Below, piece after piece: positions 37,401-55,400 of a stretch of 64,000 nt of DNA. Position numbers and translations under genes: made by a program. The notes under the pieces were generated by a model. That model worked only from the letters and a program-made list of their open reading frames with translations, made no database searches and was not told where the DNA came from. Source of the stretch: Euprymna scolopes (taxonomy: Eukaryota); the NCBI GenBank assembly GCA_053919585.1, contig CM132796.1; one strand, written 5' to 3'. Position 1 is the stretch's first letter. Each line of letters starts with the position of its first letter.

Positions 37401-40400
37401 TCGATTACATGATAATCAAAAAATAAAGATCAATTACATGGTAATCAAAAATACAGATCAATTACATGGTGGTAAAAAAATACAGATCAATTACATGGTA
37501 ATCAAAAATACAGATCAATTACATGTTAGTAAAAAAATACAGATCAATTACATGGTAATCAAAAATACAGATCAATTACATGGTAATCAAAAAATACAGA
37601 TCAATTACATGGTAATCAAAAATACAGATCAATTACATGGTAGTAAAAAAATACAGATCAATTACATGGTAGTAACAAAATACAGATCAATTACATGGTC
37701 ATCAAAAATACAGATCAATTACATGGTAGTAAACAAATACATATCAATTACATGGTAATCAGAAATACAGATCAATTACATGGTTGTAAAAACCTACAGA
37801 TCAAGTACATGGTAGTAAAGAAAATACAGATCAATTACATGGTAATCAAAAAATACAGATCAAGTACATGGTAATCAAAAATACAGATCAATTACATGGT
37901 AGTAAAAAATACAGATCAATTATATTGTAGTAAAAAAATACAGATCAATTACATGGTAGTAAAGAAAATACAGATCAATTAAATTGTAGTAAAAAATACA
38001 GATCAATTACATGGTAGTATAAAAATACAGATCAATTACATGGTAGTAAAAAATACAGATCAATTACAGGGTAGTAAAGAAAATACAGATCAATCACATG
38101 GTAGTAAAAAAATACAGATCAATTACATGGTAATCAAAAATACAGATCAATCACATGGAAGTAAAAAATACAGAGCAATTACATGGTAGTAAAAAACAAT
38201 AGATCAATTACATGGTAATCAAAACTTACAGAACAATTTCATGGTAATCAAAAAATACAGATCAATTACATGGTAATCAAAAAATACAGATCAATTACAT
38301 TATAATAAGAAAATAAAGATCAATTACATGGTAATCAAACATGCAGATCAATTATATGGTGGTAAAAACATACAGATCAATCACATGGACGTTAAAAAAT
38401 ATAGATCAATTACATGGTAATCAAACAATATAGATCAATAACATGCTAATAAAAAATACAGATCAATCACATGGTAGTAAAAAATACAGATCAATTTCAT
38501 GGTCGTAAAAAAATGCAGATCAATTACATGGTAATCAAAAATAAAGATCAATTACATGGTAGTAAAAATATACAGATCAATTACATGGTGGAAAAAAAAT
38601 ACAGATCAATTACATGGTAATTAAAAATAAAGATCAATTAGATGGTAGTAAAAAAATACAGATCAATTACATGGTAGTAAAAAAAATACAGATCAATTAC
38701 ATGGTAGTAAAAAAATACAGATCAATTACATAGTAATAAAAAATACAGATCAATTACATGGTAATCAAAAAAAACAGATCAATTACATGGTAGTAAAAAA
38801 ATACAGATCATTTACATGGTAGTAAAAAAATACAGATCAATTACATGGTAGTAGAAAAATACAGATCAATTACATTGTAGTAAAAAAATACAGATCAATT
38901 ACATGGTCATCAAAAATACAGATCAATTATATGGTAGTAAAAAAAACAGATCAATTACATGGTAGTAAAAAAATACAGATCAATTACATGGTTATCAAAA
39001 ATATAGATCAATTACAGGGTAGTAAAAAAATACAGATCAATTACATGGTAGTAAAAAATACAGATCAATTACATGGTAATCAAAAAATACAGATCAATTA
39101 CATGGTAATCAAAAAATATAGATCAATTACATGGTAATCAAAAAATACAGATCAATCACATGGTAATCAAAAATACAGATCAATTACATGGTAATCAAAA
39201 ATACAGATCAAATACATGGTAATAAAAAATAACAGATCAATTACATGGTAATCATAAAATATAGATCAATTACATAGTAATCAAAAAATAAAGATCAATT
39301 ACATGGTAATCAAAAAATACAGATTAATTACATTGTAATCAAAAATACAGATCAATTACATGGTAATAAAAAAAACAGATCAATTTCATGGTAATCAAAA
39401 ATACAGATAAATCACATGGTAGTAAAAAAAATACAGATCAATTACATGGTACTCAAAAAATATAGATCCATTACATGGTAATCAAAAATAAACGATCAAT
39501 TACATGGTAATCAAAAATACAGATCAATTACATGGTAATCAAAAAATACAGATCAATTACATGATAATCAAAAAATAAAGATCAATTACATGGTAATCAA
39601 AAATACAGATCAATTACATGGTGGTAAAAAAATACAGATCAATTACATGGTAATCAAAAATACAGATCAATTACATGTTAGTAAAAAAATACAGATCAAT
39701 TACATGGTAATCAAAAATACAGATAAATTACATGGTAGTAAAAAAAAACAGATCAATTACATGGTAGTAAAGAAAATACAGATCAATTACATGGTAATCA
39801 AAAATACAGATCAATTACATGTTAGTAAAAAAATACAGATCAATTACATGGTAATCAAAAATACAGATCAATTACATGGTAGTAAAAAAATACAGATCAA
39901 TTACATGGTAGTAACAAAATACAGATCAATTACATGGTCATCAAAAATACAGATTAATTACATGGTAATCAGAAATACAGATCAATTACATGGTTGTAAA
40001 AACCTACAGATCAATTACATGGTAGTAAAGAAAATACAGATCAATTACATGGTAATCAAAAAATACAGATCAAGAACATGGTAATCAAAAATACAGATCA
40101 ATTACATGGTAGTAAAAAATACAGATCAATTATATTGTAGTAAAAAAATACAGATCAATTACATGGTAGTAAAGAAAATACAGATCAATTAAATTGTAGT
40201 AAAAAATACAGATCAATTACATGGTAGTATAAAAATACAGATCAATTACATGGTAGTAAAAAATACAGATCAATTACAGGGTAGTAAAGAAAATACAGAT
40301 CAATCACATGGTAGTAAAAAAATACAGATCAATTACATGGGAATCAAAAATACAGATCAATCACATGGAAGTAAAAAATACAGATCAATTACATGGTAGT

Positions 40401-43400
40401 AAAAAAATATAGATCAATTACATGGTAATCAAAACATACAGATCAATTACATGGTAATCAAAAAATACAGATCAATTACATGGTAATCAAAAAATATAGA
40501 TCAATTACATTAAAATAAAAAAATCAAGATCAATTACATGGTAATCAAAACATACACATCAATTACTTGGTGGTAAAAAAATACAGATTAATCACATGGT
40601 AGTAAAAAAATATAGATCAATTACATGGTAATCAAAAAATATAGATCAATAACATGCTAATAAAAAATACAGATCAATCACATGGTAGTAAACAATACAG
40701 ATCAATTCCATGGTCGTAAAACAATGCAGATCAATTACATGGTAATCTAAAATACAGATAAATTACATGGTAATTAAAAATAAAGATCAACTACATGGTA
40801 GTAAAAAAATACAGATCAATTACATGGTAGTAAAAAAATACATATCAATTACATAGTAATAAAAAATACAGATCAATTACATGGTAATCAAAAAATACAT
40901 ATCAATTACATGGTAGTAAAAAAAATACAGATCATTTACATGGTAGTAAAAAAATACAGATCAATTACATGGTAGTAAAAAAATACATCAATTACATGGT
41001 AGTAAAAAATACAGATCAATTACATGGTCATCAAAAATACAGATCAATTACATGGTAGTAAAAAAAAACAGATGAATTACATGGTAGTAAAAAAATACGG
41101 ATCGATTACAGGGTAGTAAAAAAATACAGATCAATTACATGGTAATCAAAAAATACAAATCAATTACATGGTAGTAAAAAATACAGATCAATTACATGGT
41201 AGTAAAGAAAATACAGATCAATCACATGGTAATAAAAAATAAAGATCAATTACATGGTAAACAAAAATACAGATCAATTACATGGTAATAAAAAATAACA
41301 GATCAATTACATGGTAATCAAAAAAACAGATCAATTACATGGTAATCAAAAATACAGATAAATCGCATGGTAGTAAAAAAAATACAGATCAATTACATGG
41401 TAATCAAAAAATATAGATCCATTACATGGTTATCAAAAAATACAGATCAATTACATGGTAATCAAAAAATACAGATGAATTACATTGTAATCAAAAAATA
41501 CAGATCAATTACATGATAATCAAAAAATAAAGATCAATTGCATGGTAATCAAAAATACAGATCAATTACATGGTAGTAAAAAAATACAGATCAATTACAT
41601 GGTCATCAAAAATACAGATCAATTACATGGTAGAAAAAATACAGATCAATTACATGGTAATCCAAAATACAGATCAATTACATGGTAGTAAAAAAATACA
41701 GATCAATTACATGGTAATCAAAAATACAGATCAATTACATGGTAGTAAAAAAATACAGATCATTTTCATGGTAGTATACAAATACAGATCAATTACATGG
41801 TAGTACAAAAATACAGATCAATTACATGGTAATCAAAAATACAGATCAATTACATGGTAGTAAAAAATACAGATCAATTACATGGTAGTAAAGAAAATAC
41901 AGATCAATTACATGGTAATCAAAAAATACAGATCAATTACATGGTAATATAAAATACAGATGAATTACATAGTAGTAATACCATACACATAAATTACATG
42001 GTAATGAAAAATACAGATCAATTACATGGTAGTAAAAAAATACAGATCAATTACATGGTAGTAAAGAAAATACAGATCAATTACATGGTAGTATTAAAAT
42101 ACAGATAAATTAAATGGTAGTAAAAAATTCAGATCAATTACAGGGTAGTAAAGAAAATACAGATCAATCACATGGTAGTAAAACAATACAGATCAATTAC
42201 ATGGTAATCAAAAATACAGATCAATCACATGGAAGTAAAAAATACAGATCAATTACATGGTAGTAAAAAATATAGATCAATTACATGGTAATCAAAACAT
42301 ACAGATAAATTACATGGTAGTAAAACAATACAGATCAATTAAATGGTAATCAAAAATACAGATCAATCACATGGAAGTAAAAAATACAGATCAATTACAT
42401 GGTAGTAAAAAATATAGATCAATTACATTGTAATCAAAACATACAGATCAATTACATGGTAATCAAAAAATACAGATCAATTACATGGTAATCAAAAAAT
42501 ACAGATCAATTACATTATAATAAAAAAATACAGATCAATTACATGGTAATCAAAAAATACAGATCAATTACATTATAATCAAAAAATAAAGATCAATTAC
42601 ATGGTAATCAAAAATGCAGATCAATTTCATGGTGGTAAAAATATATAGATAAATTACATGGTAATCAAAAAATACAGATCCATCACATGGTAATCAAAAA
42701 TACAGATCAATTACATGGTAATCAAAAATACAGATCAATTACATGGTAATAAAAAATAACAGATCCATTACATGGTAATCAAAAAATATAGATCAATTAC
42801 ATAGTAATCAAAAAATAAAGATCAATTACATGGTAATAAAAAAATACAGATTAATTACATTGTAATCAAAAATACAGATCAATTACATGGTAATCAAAAA
42901 AAACAGATCAATTACATGGTAATCAAAAATACAGAACAATCACATGGTAGTAAAAAAAATAGAGATCAATTACATGGTAATCAAAACATATAGATCCATT
43001 ACATGGTAATCAAAAAATACCGATCAATTACATGGTAATCAAAAATACCGATCAATTACATGGTGGTAAAAAAATAAAGATCAATTACATGGTAATCAAA
43101 AATACAGATCAATTACATTGTAGTAAAAAAATACAGATCAATTACATGGTAATCAAAAATACAGATCAATTACACGGTAGCAAAAAATACAGATCAATTA
43201 CATTGTAGTAAAAAAACAGATCAATTACATGGTAGTAAAGAAAATACAGATCAATTAAATGGTAGTAAAAAATACAGATCACTTACATGGTAGTATAAAA
43301 ATACAGATCAATTACATTGTAGTACAAAAATACAGATCAATTACATGGTAATATAAAATACAGATCAATTACATGGTAGTAAAAAAAACCGATCAATTAC

Positions 43401-46400
43401 ATGGTAGTTAAGAAAATACAGATCAATCACATGGTAATCAAAAAATACAGATCAATTACATGGTAATATAAAATACAGATGAATTACATAGTAGTAATAC
43501 CATACACATCAATTACATGGAAATGAAAAATACAGATCAATTACATGGTAGTAAAAAAATACAGATCAATTACATGGTAGTAAAGAAAATACAGATCAAT
43601 TACATTGTAGTATAAAAATACAGATCAATTACATGGTAGTAAAAAAATACAGATCAATTACAGGGTAGTAAAGAAAATACTAATCAATCACATGGTAAGA
43701 AAAAATACAGATCAATTACATGGTAATCAAAAATACAGATCAATCACATGGAAGTAAAAAATACAGATCAATTACATGGTAGCAAAAAAAATAGATCAAT
43801 TACATGGTAATCAAAATATACAGATCAATTACATGGTAATCAAAAAATACAGATCAATTACATTATAATAAAAAAATAAAGATCAATTACATGGTAATCA
43901 AAAATACAGATAAATTACATGGTGGTGAAAAAATACAAATCAATTACATGGTAGTAAAAAAATACAGATCAATTACATGGTATTCAAAAAATACAGATCA
44001 ATTACATGGTAATCAAAAAATATAGATCAATTACATGGTAATCAAAAAATACAGATCAATCACATGGTAATCAAAAATACAGATTAATTACATGGTAATC
44101 AAAAATACAGATCAATTATATGGTAATAAAAAATAACAGATCAATTACATGGTAATCAAAAAATATAGATCAATTACTATGTAATCAAAAAATAAAGATC
44201 AATTACATGGTAATCAAAAAATACAGATTAATTACATTGTAATCAAAAATACAGATCAATTACATGGTAATCAAACAAAACAGATCAATTACATGGTAAT
44301 CAAAAATACAGATAAATCACATGGTTGTAAAAAAAATACAGATCAATTACATGGGTAATCAAAAAATATAGATCCATTACATGGTAATCAAAAAATACCG
44401 ATCAATTACATGGTAATCAAAAAATACAGATCAATTACATGATAATCAAAACATAAAGATCAATTACATTGTAATCAAAAATACAGATCAATTACATGGT
44501 GGTAAAAACATACAGATCAATTACATGGTAATCAAAAATACAGATCAATAAACTGGTAGTAAAAAAATACAGATCAATTACATAGTAATCAAAAATACAG
44601 ATCAATTACATGGTAGTAAAAAAATACAGATCAATTACATGGTAATCAAAAATACAGATCAATTACATGGTAGTAAAAACATACAGATCAATTACATGGT
44701 AGTAAAAAAATACAGATCAATTACATGGTAATCAAAAATACAGATCAATTACATGGTAGTAAAAACATACAGATCAATTACATGGTAGTAAAAAAATACA
44801 GATCAATTACATGGAAATCAAAAATACAGCTCAATTAAATGGTAGTAAAAAAATACAGATCAAGTACATGGTAATCAAAAATACAGCTCAATTACATGGT
44901 AGTAAAAAAATACAGATCAATTACATAGTAATCAAAAATACAGATCAATTACATGGTAGTAAAAAAATACAGATCAATTACATGGTAATCAAAAATACAG
45001 ATCAATTACATGGTAGTAAAAACATACAGATCAATTACATGGTAGTAAAAAAATACAGATCAATTACATGGAAATCAAAAATACAGATCAATTACATGGT
45101 AGTAAAAAAATACAGATCAAGTACATAGTAATCAAAAATACAGCTCAATTACATGGTAGTAAAAAAATACAGATCAATTACATGGTAGTAAAGAAAATAC
45201 AGATCAATTACATGGTAATCAAAAAATACAGATCAAGTACATGGTAATCAAAAATACAGATCAATTACATGGTAGTAAAAAATACAGATCAATTATATTG
45301 TAGTAAAAAAATACAGATCAATTACATGGTAGTAAAAAAATACAGATCAATTAAATGGTAGTAAAAAAATACAGATCAATTACAGGGTAGTAAAGAAAAT
45401 ACAGATCAATCACATGGTAGTAAAAAAATACAGATCAATTACATGGTAATCAAAAATACAGATCAATCACAGGGAAGTAAAAAATACAGATCAATTACAT
45501 GGTAGTAAAAAACTATAGATCAATTACATGGTAATCAAAACATACAGAACAATTTCATGGTAATCAAAAAATACAGATCAATTACATGGTAATCAAAAAA
45601 TACAGATCAATTACATTATAATAAGAAAATAAAGATCAATTACATGGTAATCAAACATGCAGATCAATTATATGGTGGTAAAAACATACAGATCAATCAC
45701 ATGGACGTTAAAAAATATAGATCAATTACATGGTAATCAAAAAATATAGATCAATAACATGCTAATAAAAAATACAGATCAATCACATGGTAGTAAAAAA
45801 TACAGATCAATTTAATGGTCGTAAAAAAATGCAGATCAATTACATGGTAATCAAAAATAAAGATCAATTACATGGTAGTAAAAATATACAGATCAATTAC
45901 ATGGTGGAAAAAAATACAGATCAATTACATGGTAATTAAAAATAAAGATCAATTACATGGTAGTAAAAAAATACAGAACAATTACATGGTAGTAAAAAAA
46001 ATACAGATCAATTACATGGTAGTAAAAAAATACAGATCAATTACATATTAATAAAAAATACAGATCAATTACATGGTAATCAAAAAAAACAGATCAATTA
46101 CATGGTAGTAAAAAAAATACAGATCATTTACATGGTAGTAAAAAAATACAGATCAATTACATGGTAGTAGAAAAATACAGATCAATTACATTGTAGTAAA
46201 AAAATACAGATCAATTACATGGTCATCAAAAATACAGATCAATTATATGGTAGTAAAAAAAATAGATCAATTACATGGTAGTAAAAAAATACAGATCAAT
46301 TACATGGTTATCAAAAATATAGATCAATTACAGGGTAGTAAAAAAATACAGATCAATTACATGGTAGTAAAAAATACAGATCAATTACATGGTAATCAAA

Positions 46401-49400
46401 AAATACAGATCAATTACATGGTAATCAAAAAATATAGATCAATTACATGGTAATCAAAAAATACAGATCAATCACATGGTAATCAAAAATACAGATCAAT
46501 TACATGGTAATCAAAAATACAGATCAATTACATGGTAATAAAAAATAACAGATCAATTACATGGTAATCAAAAAATATAGATCAATTACATAGTAATCAA
46601 AAAATAAAGATCAATTACATGGTAATCAAAAAATACAGATTAATTACATTGTAATCAAAAATACAGATCAATTACATGGTAATAAAAAAACAGATCAATT
46701 TCATGGTAATCAAAAATACAGATAAATCACATGGTAGTAAAAAAAATACAGACCAATTACATGGTAATCAAAAAATATAGATCCATTACATGGTAATAAA
46801 AAAAACCGATCAATTACATGGTAATCAAAAATACAGATCAATTACATGGTAATCAAAAAATACAGATCAATTACATGATAATCAAAAAATAAAGATCAAT
46901 TACATGGTAATCAAAAATACAGATCAATTACATGGTGGTAAAAAAATACAGATCAATTACATGGTAATCAAAAATACAGATCAATTACATGTTAGTAAAA
47001 AAATACAGATCAATTACATGGTAATCAAAAATACAGATCAATTACATGGTAGTAAAAAAATACAGATCAATTACATGGTAATCAAAAATACAGATCAATT
47101 ACATGGTAGTAAAAAAATACAGATCAATTTCATGGTAGTAACAAAATACAGATCAATTACATGGTCATCAAAAATACAGATCAATTACATGGTAGTAAAA
47201 AAATACAGATCAATTACATGGTAATCAGAAATACAGATCAATGACATGGTTGTAAAAACCTACAGATCAATTTCATGGTAGTAAAGAAAATACAGATCAA
47301 TTACATGGTAATCAAAAAATACAGATCAAGTACATGGTAATCAAAAATACAGATCAATTACATGGTAGTAAAAAATACAGATCAATTATATTGTAGTAAA
47401 AAAATACAGATCAATTACATGGTAGTAGAAAAATACAGATGAATTAAATTGTAGTAAAAAATACAGATCAATTACATGGTAGTATAAAAATACAGATCAA
47501 TTACATGGTAGTAAAAAATACAGATCAATTACAGGGTAGTAAAGAAAATACAGATCAATCACATGGTAGTAAAAAAATACAGATCAATTACATGGTAATC
47601 AAAAATACAGATCTATCACATGGAAGTAAAAAATACAGATCAATTACATGGTAGTAAAAAAATATAGATCAATTACATGGTAATCAAAACATACAGATCA
47701 ATTACATGGTAATCAAAAAATACAGACCAATTACATGGAAATCAAAAAATACAGATCAATTACATTAAAATAAAAAATAAAGATCAATTACATGGTAATC
47801 AAAACATACACATCAATTACTTGGTGGTAAAAAAATACAGATTAATCACATGGTAGTAAAAAAATATAGATCAATTACATGGTAATCAAAAAATATAGAT
47901 CAATAACATGCTAATAAAAAATACAGATCAATCACATGGTAGTAAACAATACAGATCAATTCCATGGTCGTAAAAAAATGCAGATCAATTACATGGTAAT
48001 CTAAAATACAGATCAATGACATGGTAGTAAAAATATACAGATCAATTACATGGTGGAAAAAAAATACAGATCAATTACATGGTAATTAAAAATAAAGATC
48101 AACTACATGGTAGTAAAAAATACAGATCAATTACATGGTAGTAAAAAAATACATATCAATTACATAGTAATAAAAAATACAGATCAATTACATGGTAATC
48201 AAAAAATACATATCAATTACATGGTAGTAAAAAAAATACAGATAATTTACATGGTAGTAAAAAAATACAGATCAATTACATGGTAGTAAAAAAATACATC
48301 AATTACATGGTAGTAAAAAATACAGATCAATTACATGGTCATCAAAAATACAGATCAATTACATGGTAGTAAAAAAACAGATCAATTACATGGTAGTAAA
48401 AAAATACGGATCGATTACACGGTAGTAAAAAAATACAGATCAATTACATGGTAATCAAAAAATACAGATCAATTACATGGTAGTAAAAAATACAGATCAA
48501 TTACATCGTAGTAAAGAAAATACAGATCAATCACACGGTAATAAAAATAAAGATCAATTACATGGTAAACAAAAATACAGATCAATTACATGGTAATAAA
48601 AAATAACAGATCAATTACATGGTAATCAAAAAAACAGATATATTACATGGTAATCATAAATACAGATAAATCGCATGGTAGTAAAAAAATTACAGATCAA
48701 TTACATGGTTATCAAAAAGTATAGATCCATTACATGGTTATCAAAAAATACAGATCAATTACATGGTAATCAAAAAATACAGATCAATTACATTGTAATC
48801 AAAAAATACAGATCAATTACATGATAATCAAAAAATAAAGATCAATTGCATGGTAATCAAAAATAAAGATCAATTACATGGTAGTAAAAAAATACAGATC
48901 AATTACATGGTCATCAAAAATACAGATCAATTACATGGTAGAAAAAATACAGATCAATTACATGGTAATCCAAAATACAGATCAATTACATGGTAGTAAA
49001 AAAATACAGATCAATTACATGGTAATCAAAAATACAGATCAATTACATGGTAGTAAAAAAATACAGATCAATTACATGGTAGTATACAAATACAGATCAA
49101 TTACATGGTAGTACAAAAATACAGATCAATTACATGGTAATCAAAAATACAGATCAATTACATGGTAGTAAAAAATACAGATCAATTACATGGTAGTAAA
49201 GAAAATACAGATCAATTACATGGTAATCAAAAAATACAGATCAATTACATGGTAATATAAAATACAGATGAATTACATAGTAGTAATACCATACACATCA
49301 ATTACGTGGTAATGAAAAATACAGATCAATTACATGGTAGTAAAAAAATACAGATCAATTACATGGTAGTAAAGAAAATACAGATCAATTACATGGTAGT

Positions 49401-52400
49401 ATAAAAATACAGATAAATTACATGGTAGTAAAAAATTCAGATCAATTACAGATTAGTAAAGAAAATAGAGATCAATCACATGGTAGTAAAACAATACAGA
49501 TCAATTACATGGTAATCAAAAATACAGATCAATCACATGGAAGTAAAAAATAAAGATCAATTACATGGTAGTAAAAAATATAGATCAATTACATGGTAAT
49601 CAAAACATACAGATCAATTACATGGTAGTAAAACAATACAGATCAATTACATGGTAATCAAAAATACAGATCAATCACATGGAAGTAAAACATACAGATC
49701 AATTACATGGTAGTAAAAAATATAGATCAATTACATTGTAATCAAAACATACAGATAAATTACATGGTAATCAAAAAATACAGATCAATTACATGGTAAT
49801 CATTAAATACAGATAATTACATTATAATCAAAAAATACAGATCAATTACATGGTAATCAAAAAATACAGATCAATTACATTATAATCAAAAAATAAAGAT
49901 CAATTACATGGTAATCAAAAATGCAGATCAATTTCATGGTGGTAAAAATATATAGATCAATTACATGGTAATCAAAAAATACAGATCAATTACATGGTAA
50001 TAAAAAATACAGATCAATTACATGGTAATAAAAAATAACAGATCCATTACATGGTAATCAAAAAAAATAGATCAATTACATAGTAATCAAAAAATAAAGA
50101 TCAATTACATGGTAATCAAAAAATACAGATTAATTACATTGTAATCAAAAATACAGATCAATTACATGGTAATCAAAAAAAACAGATCAATTACATGGTA
50201 ATCAAAAATACAGAACAATCACATGGTAGTAAAAAAATAGAGATCAATTACATGGTAATCAAAACATATAGATCCATTACATGGTAATCAAAAAATACCG
50301 ATCAATTACATGGTAATCAAAAATACCGATCAATTACATGGTTGTAAAAAAATACAGATCAATTACATGGTAATCAAAAATACAGATCAATTACATTGTA
50401 GAAAAAAAAAACAGATCAATTACATGGTAATCAAAAATACAGATCAATTACACGGTAGCAAAAAATACAGATCAATTACATTGTAGTAAAAAAAACAGAT
50501 CAATTACATGGTAGTAAAGAAAATACAGATCAATTAAATGGTAGTAAAAAATACAGATCACTTACATGGTAGTATAAAAATACAGATCAATTACATGGTA
50601 GTACAAAAATACAGATCAATTACATGGTAATCAAAACTACAGATCAATTACATGGTAGTAAAAAAAACCGATCAATTACATGGTAGTAAAGAAAATACAG
50701 ATCAATCACATGGTAATCAAAAAATACAGATCAATTACATGGTAATATAAAATACAGATGAATTACATAGTAGTAATACCATACACATCAATTACATGGT
50801 AATGAAGAATACAGATCAATTACATGGTAGTAAAAAAATACAGATCAATTACATGGTAGTAAAGAAAATACAGATCAATTACATTGTAGTATAAAAATAC
50901 AGATCAATTACATGGTAGTAAAAAAATACAGATCAATTACAGGGTAGTAAAGAAAATACAGATCAACCACATGGTAGTAAAAAATACAGATCAATTACAT
51001 GGTAATCAAAAATACAGATCAATCACATGGAAGTAAAAAATACAGATCAATTACATGGTAGCAAAAAATATAGATCAATTACATGGTAATCAAAACATAC
51101 AGATCAATTACATGGTAATCAAAAAATACAGATCAATTACATTATAATAAAAAAATAAAGATCAATTACATGGTAATCAAAAATACAGATCAATTACATG
51201 GTGGTGAAAAAATACAAATCAATTACATGGTAGTAAAAAAATACAGATCAATTACATGGTAATCAAAAAATATAGATCAATTACATGGTAAACAAAAAAT
51301 ACAGATCAATCACATGGTAATCAAAAATACAGATCAATTACATGGTAATCAAAAATACAGATCAATTATATGGTAATAAAAAATAACAGATCAATTACAT
51401 GGTAATCAAAAAATATAGATCAATTACTAAGTAATCAAAAAATAAAGATCAATTACATGGTAATCAAAAAATACAGATTAATTACATTGTAATCAAAAAT
51501 ACAGATCAATTACATGGTAATCAAACAAAACAGATCAATTACATGGTAATCAAAAATACAGATAAATCACATGGTAGTAAAAAAAATACAGATCAATTAC
51601 ATGGGTAATCAAAAAATATAGATCCATTACATGGTAATCAAAAAATACCGATCAATTACATGGTAATCAAAAATACAAATCAATTACATGGTAATCAAAA
51701 AATACAGATCAATTACATGATAATCAAAAAATAAAGATCAATTACATTATAATCAAAAATACAGATCAATTACATGGTAGTAAAAACATACAGATCAATT
51801 ACATGGTAATCAAAAATACAGATCAATTACATGGTAGTAAAAAAATACAGATCAATTACATAGTAATCAAAAATACAGATCAATTACATGGTAGTAAAAA
51901 AATACAGATCAATTACATGGTAATCAAAAATACAGATCAATTACATGGTAGTAAAAACATACAGATCAATTACATGGTAGTAAAAAAATACAGATCAATT
52001 ACATGGAAATCAAAAATACAGATCAATTACATGGTAGTAAAAAAATACAGATCAATTACATGGTAATCAAAAATACAGCTCAATTACATGGTAGTAAAAA
52101 AATACAGATCAATTACATGGTAGTAAAGAAAATACAGATCAATTACATGGTAATCAAAAAATACAGATCAAGTACATGGTAATCAAAAATACAGATCAAT
52201 TACATGGTAGTAAAAAATACAGATCAATTATATTGTAGTAAAAAAATACAGATCAATTACATGGTAGTAAAGAAAATACAGATCAATTAAATGGTAGTAA
52301 AAAAATACAGATCAATTACATGGTAGTATAAAAATACAGATCAATTACATGGTAGTAAAAAAATACAGATCAATTACAGGGTAGTAAAGAAAATACAGAT

Positions 52401-55400
52401 CAATCACATGGTAGTAAAAAAATACAGATCAATTACATGGTAATCAAAAATACAGATCAATCACAGGGAAGTAAAAAATACAGATCAATTACAAGATAGT
52501 AAAAAACTATAGATCAATTACATGGTAATCAAAACATACAGAACAATTTCATGGTAATAAAAAAATACAGATCAATTACATGGTAATCAAAAAATACAGA
52601 TCAATTACATTATAATAAGAAAATAAAGATCAATTACATGGTAATCAAACATGCAGATCAATTATATGGTGGTAAAAACATACAGATCAATCACATGGAC
52701 GTTAAAATATATAGATCAATTACATGGTAATCAAAAAATATAGATCAATAACATGCTAATAAAAAATACAGATCAATCACATGGTAGTAAAAAATACAGA
52801 TCAATTTCATGGTCGTAAAAAAATGCAGATCAATTACATGGTAATCAAAAATAAAGATCAATTACATGGTAGTAAAAATATACAGATCAATTACATGGTG
52901 GAAAAAAAATACAGATCAATTACATGGTAATTAAAAATAAAGATCAATTACATGGTAGTAAAAAAATACAGATCAATTACATGGTAGTAAAAAAAATACA
53001 GATCAATTACATGGTAGTAAAAAAATACAGATCAATTACATAGTAATAAAAAATACAGATCAATTACATGGTAATCAAAAAAAACAGATCAATTACATGG
53101 TAGTAAAAAAAATACAGATCATTTACATGGTAGTAAAAAAATACAGATCAATTACATGGTAGTAGAAAAATACAGATCAATTACATTGTAGTAAAAAAAT
53201 ACAGATCAATTACATGGTCATCAAAAATACAGATCAATTATATGGTAGTAAAAAAAACAGATCAATTACATGGTAGTAAAAAAATACAGATCAATTACAT
53301 GGTTATCAAAAATATAGATCAATTACAGGGTAGTAAAAAAATACAGATCAATTACATGGTAGTAAAAAATACAGATCAATTACATGGTAGTAAAAAATAC
53401 AGATCAATTACCTAGTAGTAAAGAAAATACAGATCAATCACATGGTAATAAAAAATAAAGATCAATTACATGGTAATCAAAAATACAGATCAATTACATG
53501 GTAATAAAAAATAACAGATCAATTACATGGTAATCCAAAAAACAGATCAATTACATGGTAATCAAAAATACAGATAAATCACATGGTAGTAACAAAAATA
53601 CAGATCAATTACATGGTAATCAAAAAATATAGATCAATTACATGGTAATCAAAAAATACAGATCAATTACATGGTAATCAAAAAATACAGATCAATTACA
53701 TTGTAATCAAAAAATACAGATCAATTACATGATAATCAAAAAATAAAGATCAATTGCATGGTAATCAAAAATACAGATCAATTACATGGTGGTAAAAAAT
53801 ACAGATCAATTACATGGCAATAAAACATACTGATTCAATTACATGGTAGTAAAAAATACAGATCAATTACATGGTAATCAAAAATACAGATCAATTACAT
53901 GGTAGTAAAAACATACAGATCAATTACATGGTAATCAAAAATAAAGATCAATTACATGGTAGTAAAAAAATACAGATCAATTACATGGTAGTAAAATAAT
54001 ACAGATACATTACATGGTAATAAAAAATACAGATCAATTACATGGTAGTAAAAAAAATACAGATCAATTACATGGTAATCAAAAATACAGATCAATTACA
54101 TGGTAGTAAAAAAATACAGATCAATTACATGGTAGTAAAGAAAATACAGATCAATCACATGGTAATCAAAAAATACAGATCAATTACATGGTAATCAAAA
54201 ATACAGATCAATTACATGGTAGTAAAGAAAATACAGATCAATTACATTGTAGTAAAAAAAACAGATCAATTACATGGTAGTAAAGAAAATACAGATCCAT
54301 TAAATGGTAGTAAACAATACAGATCACTTACATGGTAGTATAAAAATACAGATCAATTACATGGTAGTACAAAAATACAGAGCAATTACATGGTAATCAA
54401 AAATACAGATCAATTACATGGTAGTAAAAAAATACAGATCAATTACTTGGTCGTAAAGAAAATACAGATCAATCACATGGTAATCAAAAAATACAGATCA
54501 ATTACATGGTAATATAAAATACAGATGAATTACATAGTAGTAATACCATACACATCAATTACATGGTAATAAAAAATACAGATCAATTACATGGTAGTAA
54601 AAAAATACAGATCAATTACATGGTAGTAAAGAAAATACAGATCAATTACATGGTAGTATAAAAATACAGATCAATTACATGGTAGTAAAAAAATACAGAT
54701 CAATTACAGGGTAGTAAAGTAAATACAGATCAATCACATGGTAGTAAAAAAATACAGATCAATTACATGGTAATAAAAAATACAGATCAATCACATGGAA
54801 GTAAAAATACAGATCAATTACATGGTAGTAAAAAATATAGATCAATTTCATGGTAATAAAAAATACAGCTCAATTACATGGTAGTAAAAAAATACAGATC
54901 AATTACATGGTAGTAAAAAAAATACAGATCAATTACATGGTAATCAAAAAATACAGATCAAGTACATGGTAATCAAAAATACAGATCAATTACATGGTAG
55001 TAAAAAATACAGATCAATTATATTGTAGTAAAAAAATACAGATCAATTACATGGTAGTAAAGAAAATACAGATCAATTTAATGGTAGTAAAAAAATACAG
55101 ATCAATTACATGGTAGTATAAAAATACAGATCAATTACATGGTAGTAAAAAAATACAGATCAATTACAGGGTAGTAAAGAAAATACAGATCAATCACATG
55201 GTAGTAAAAAAATACAGATCAATTACATGGTAATCAAAAATACAGATCAATCACAGGGAAGTAAAAAATACAGATCAATTACATGGTAGTAAAAAACTAT
55301 AGATCAATTACATGGTAATCAAAACATACAGAACAATTTCATGGTAATCAAAAAATACAGATCAATTACATGGTAATCAAAAAATACAGATCAATTACAT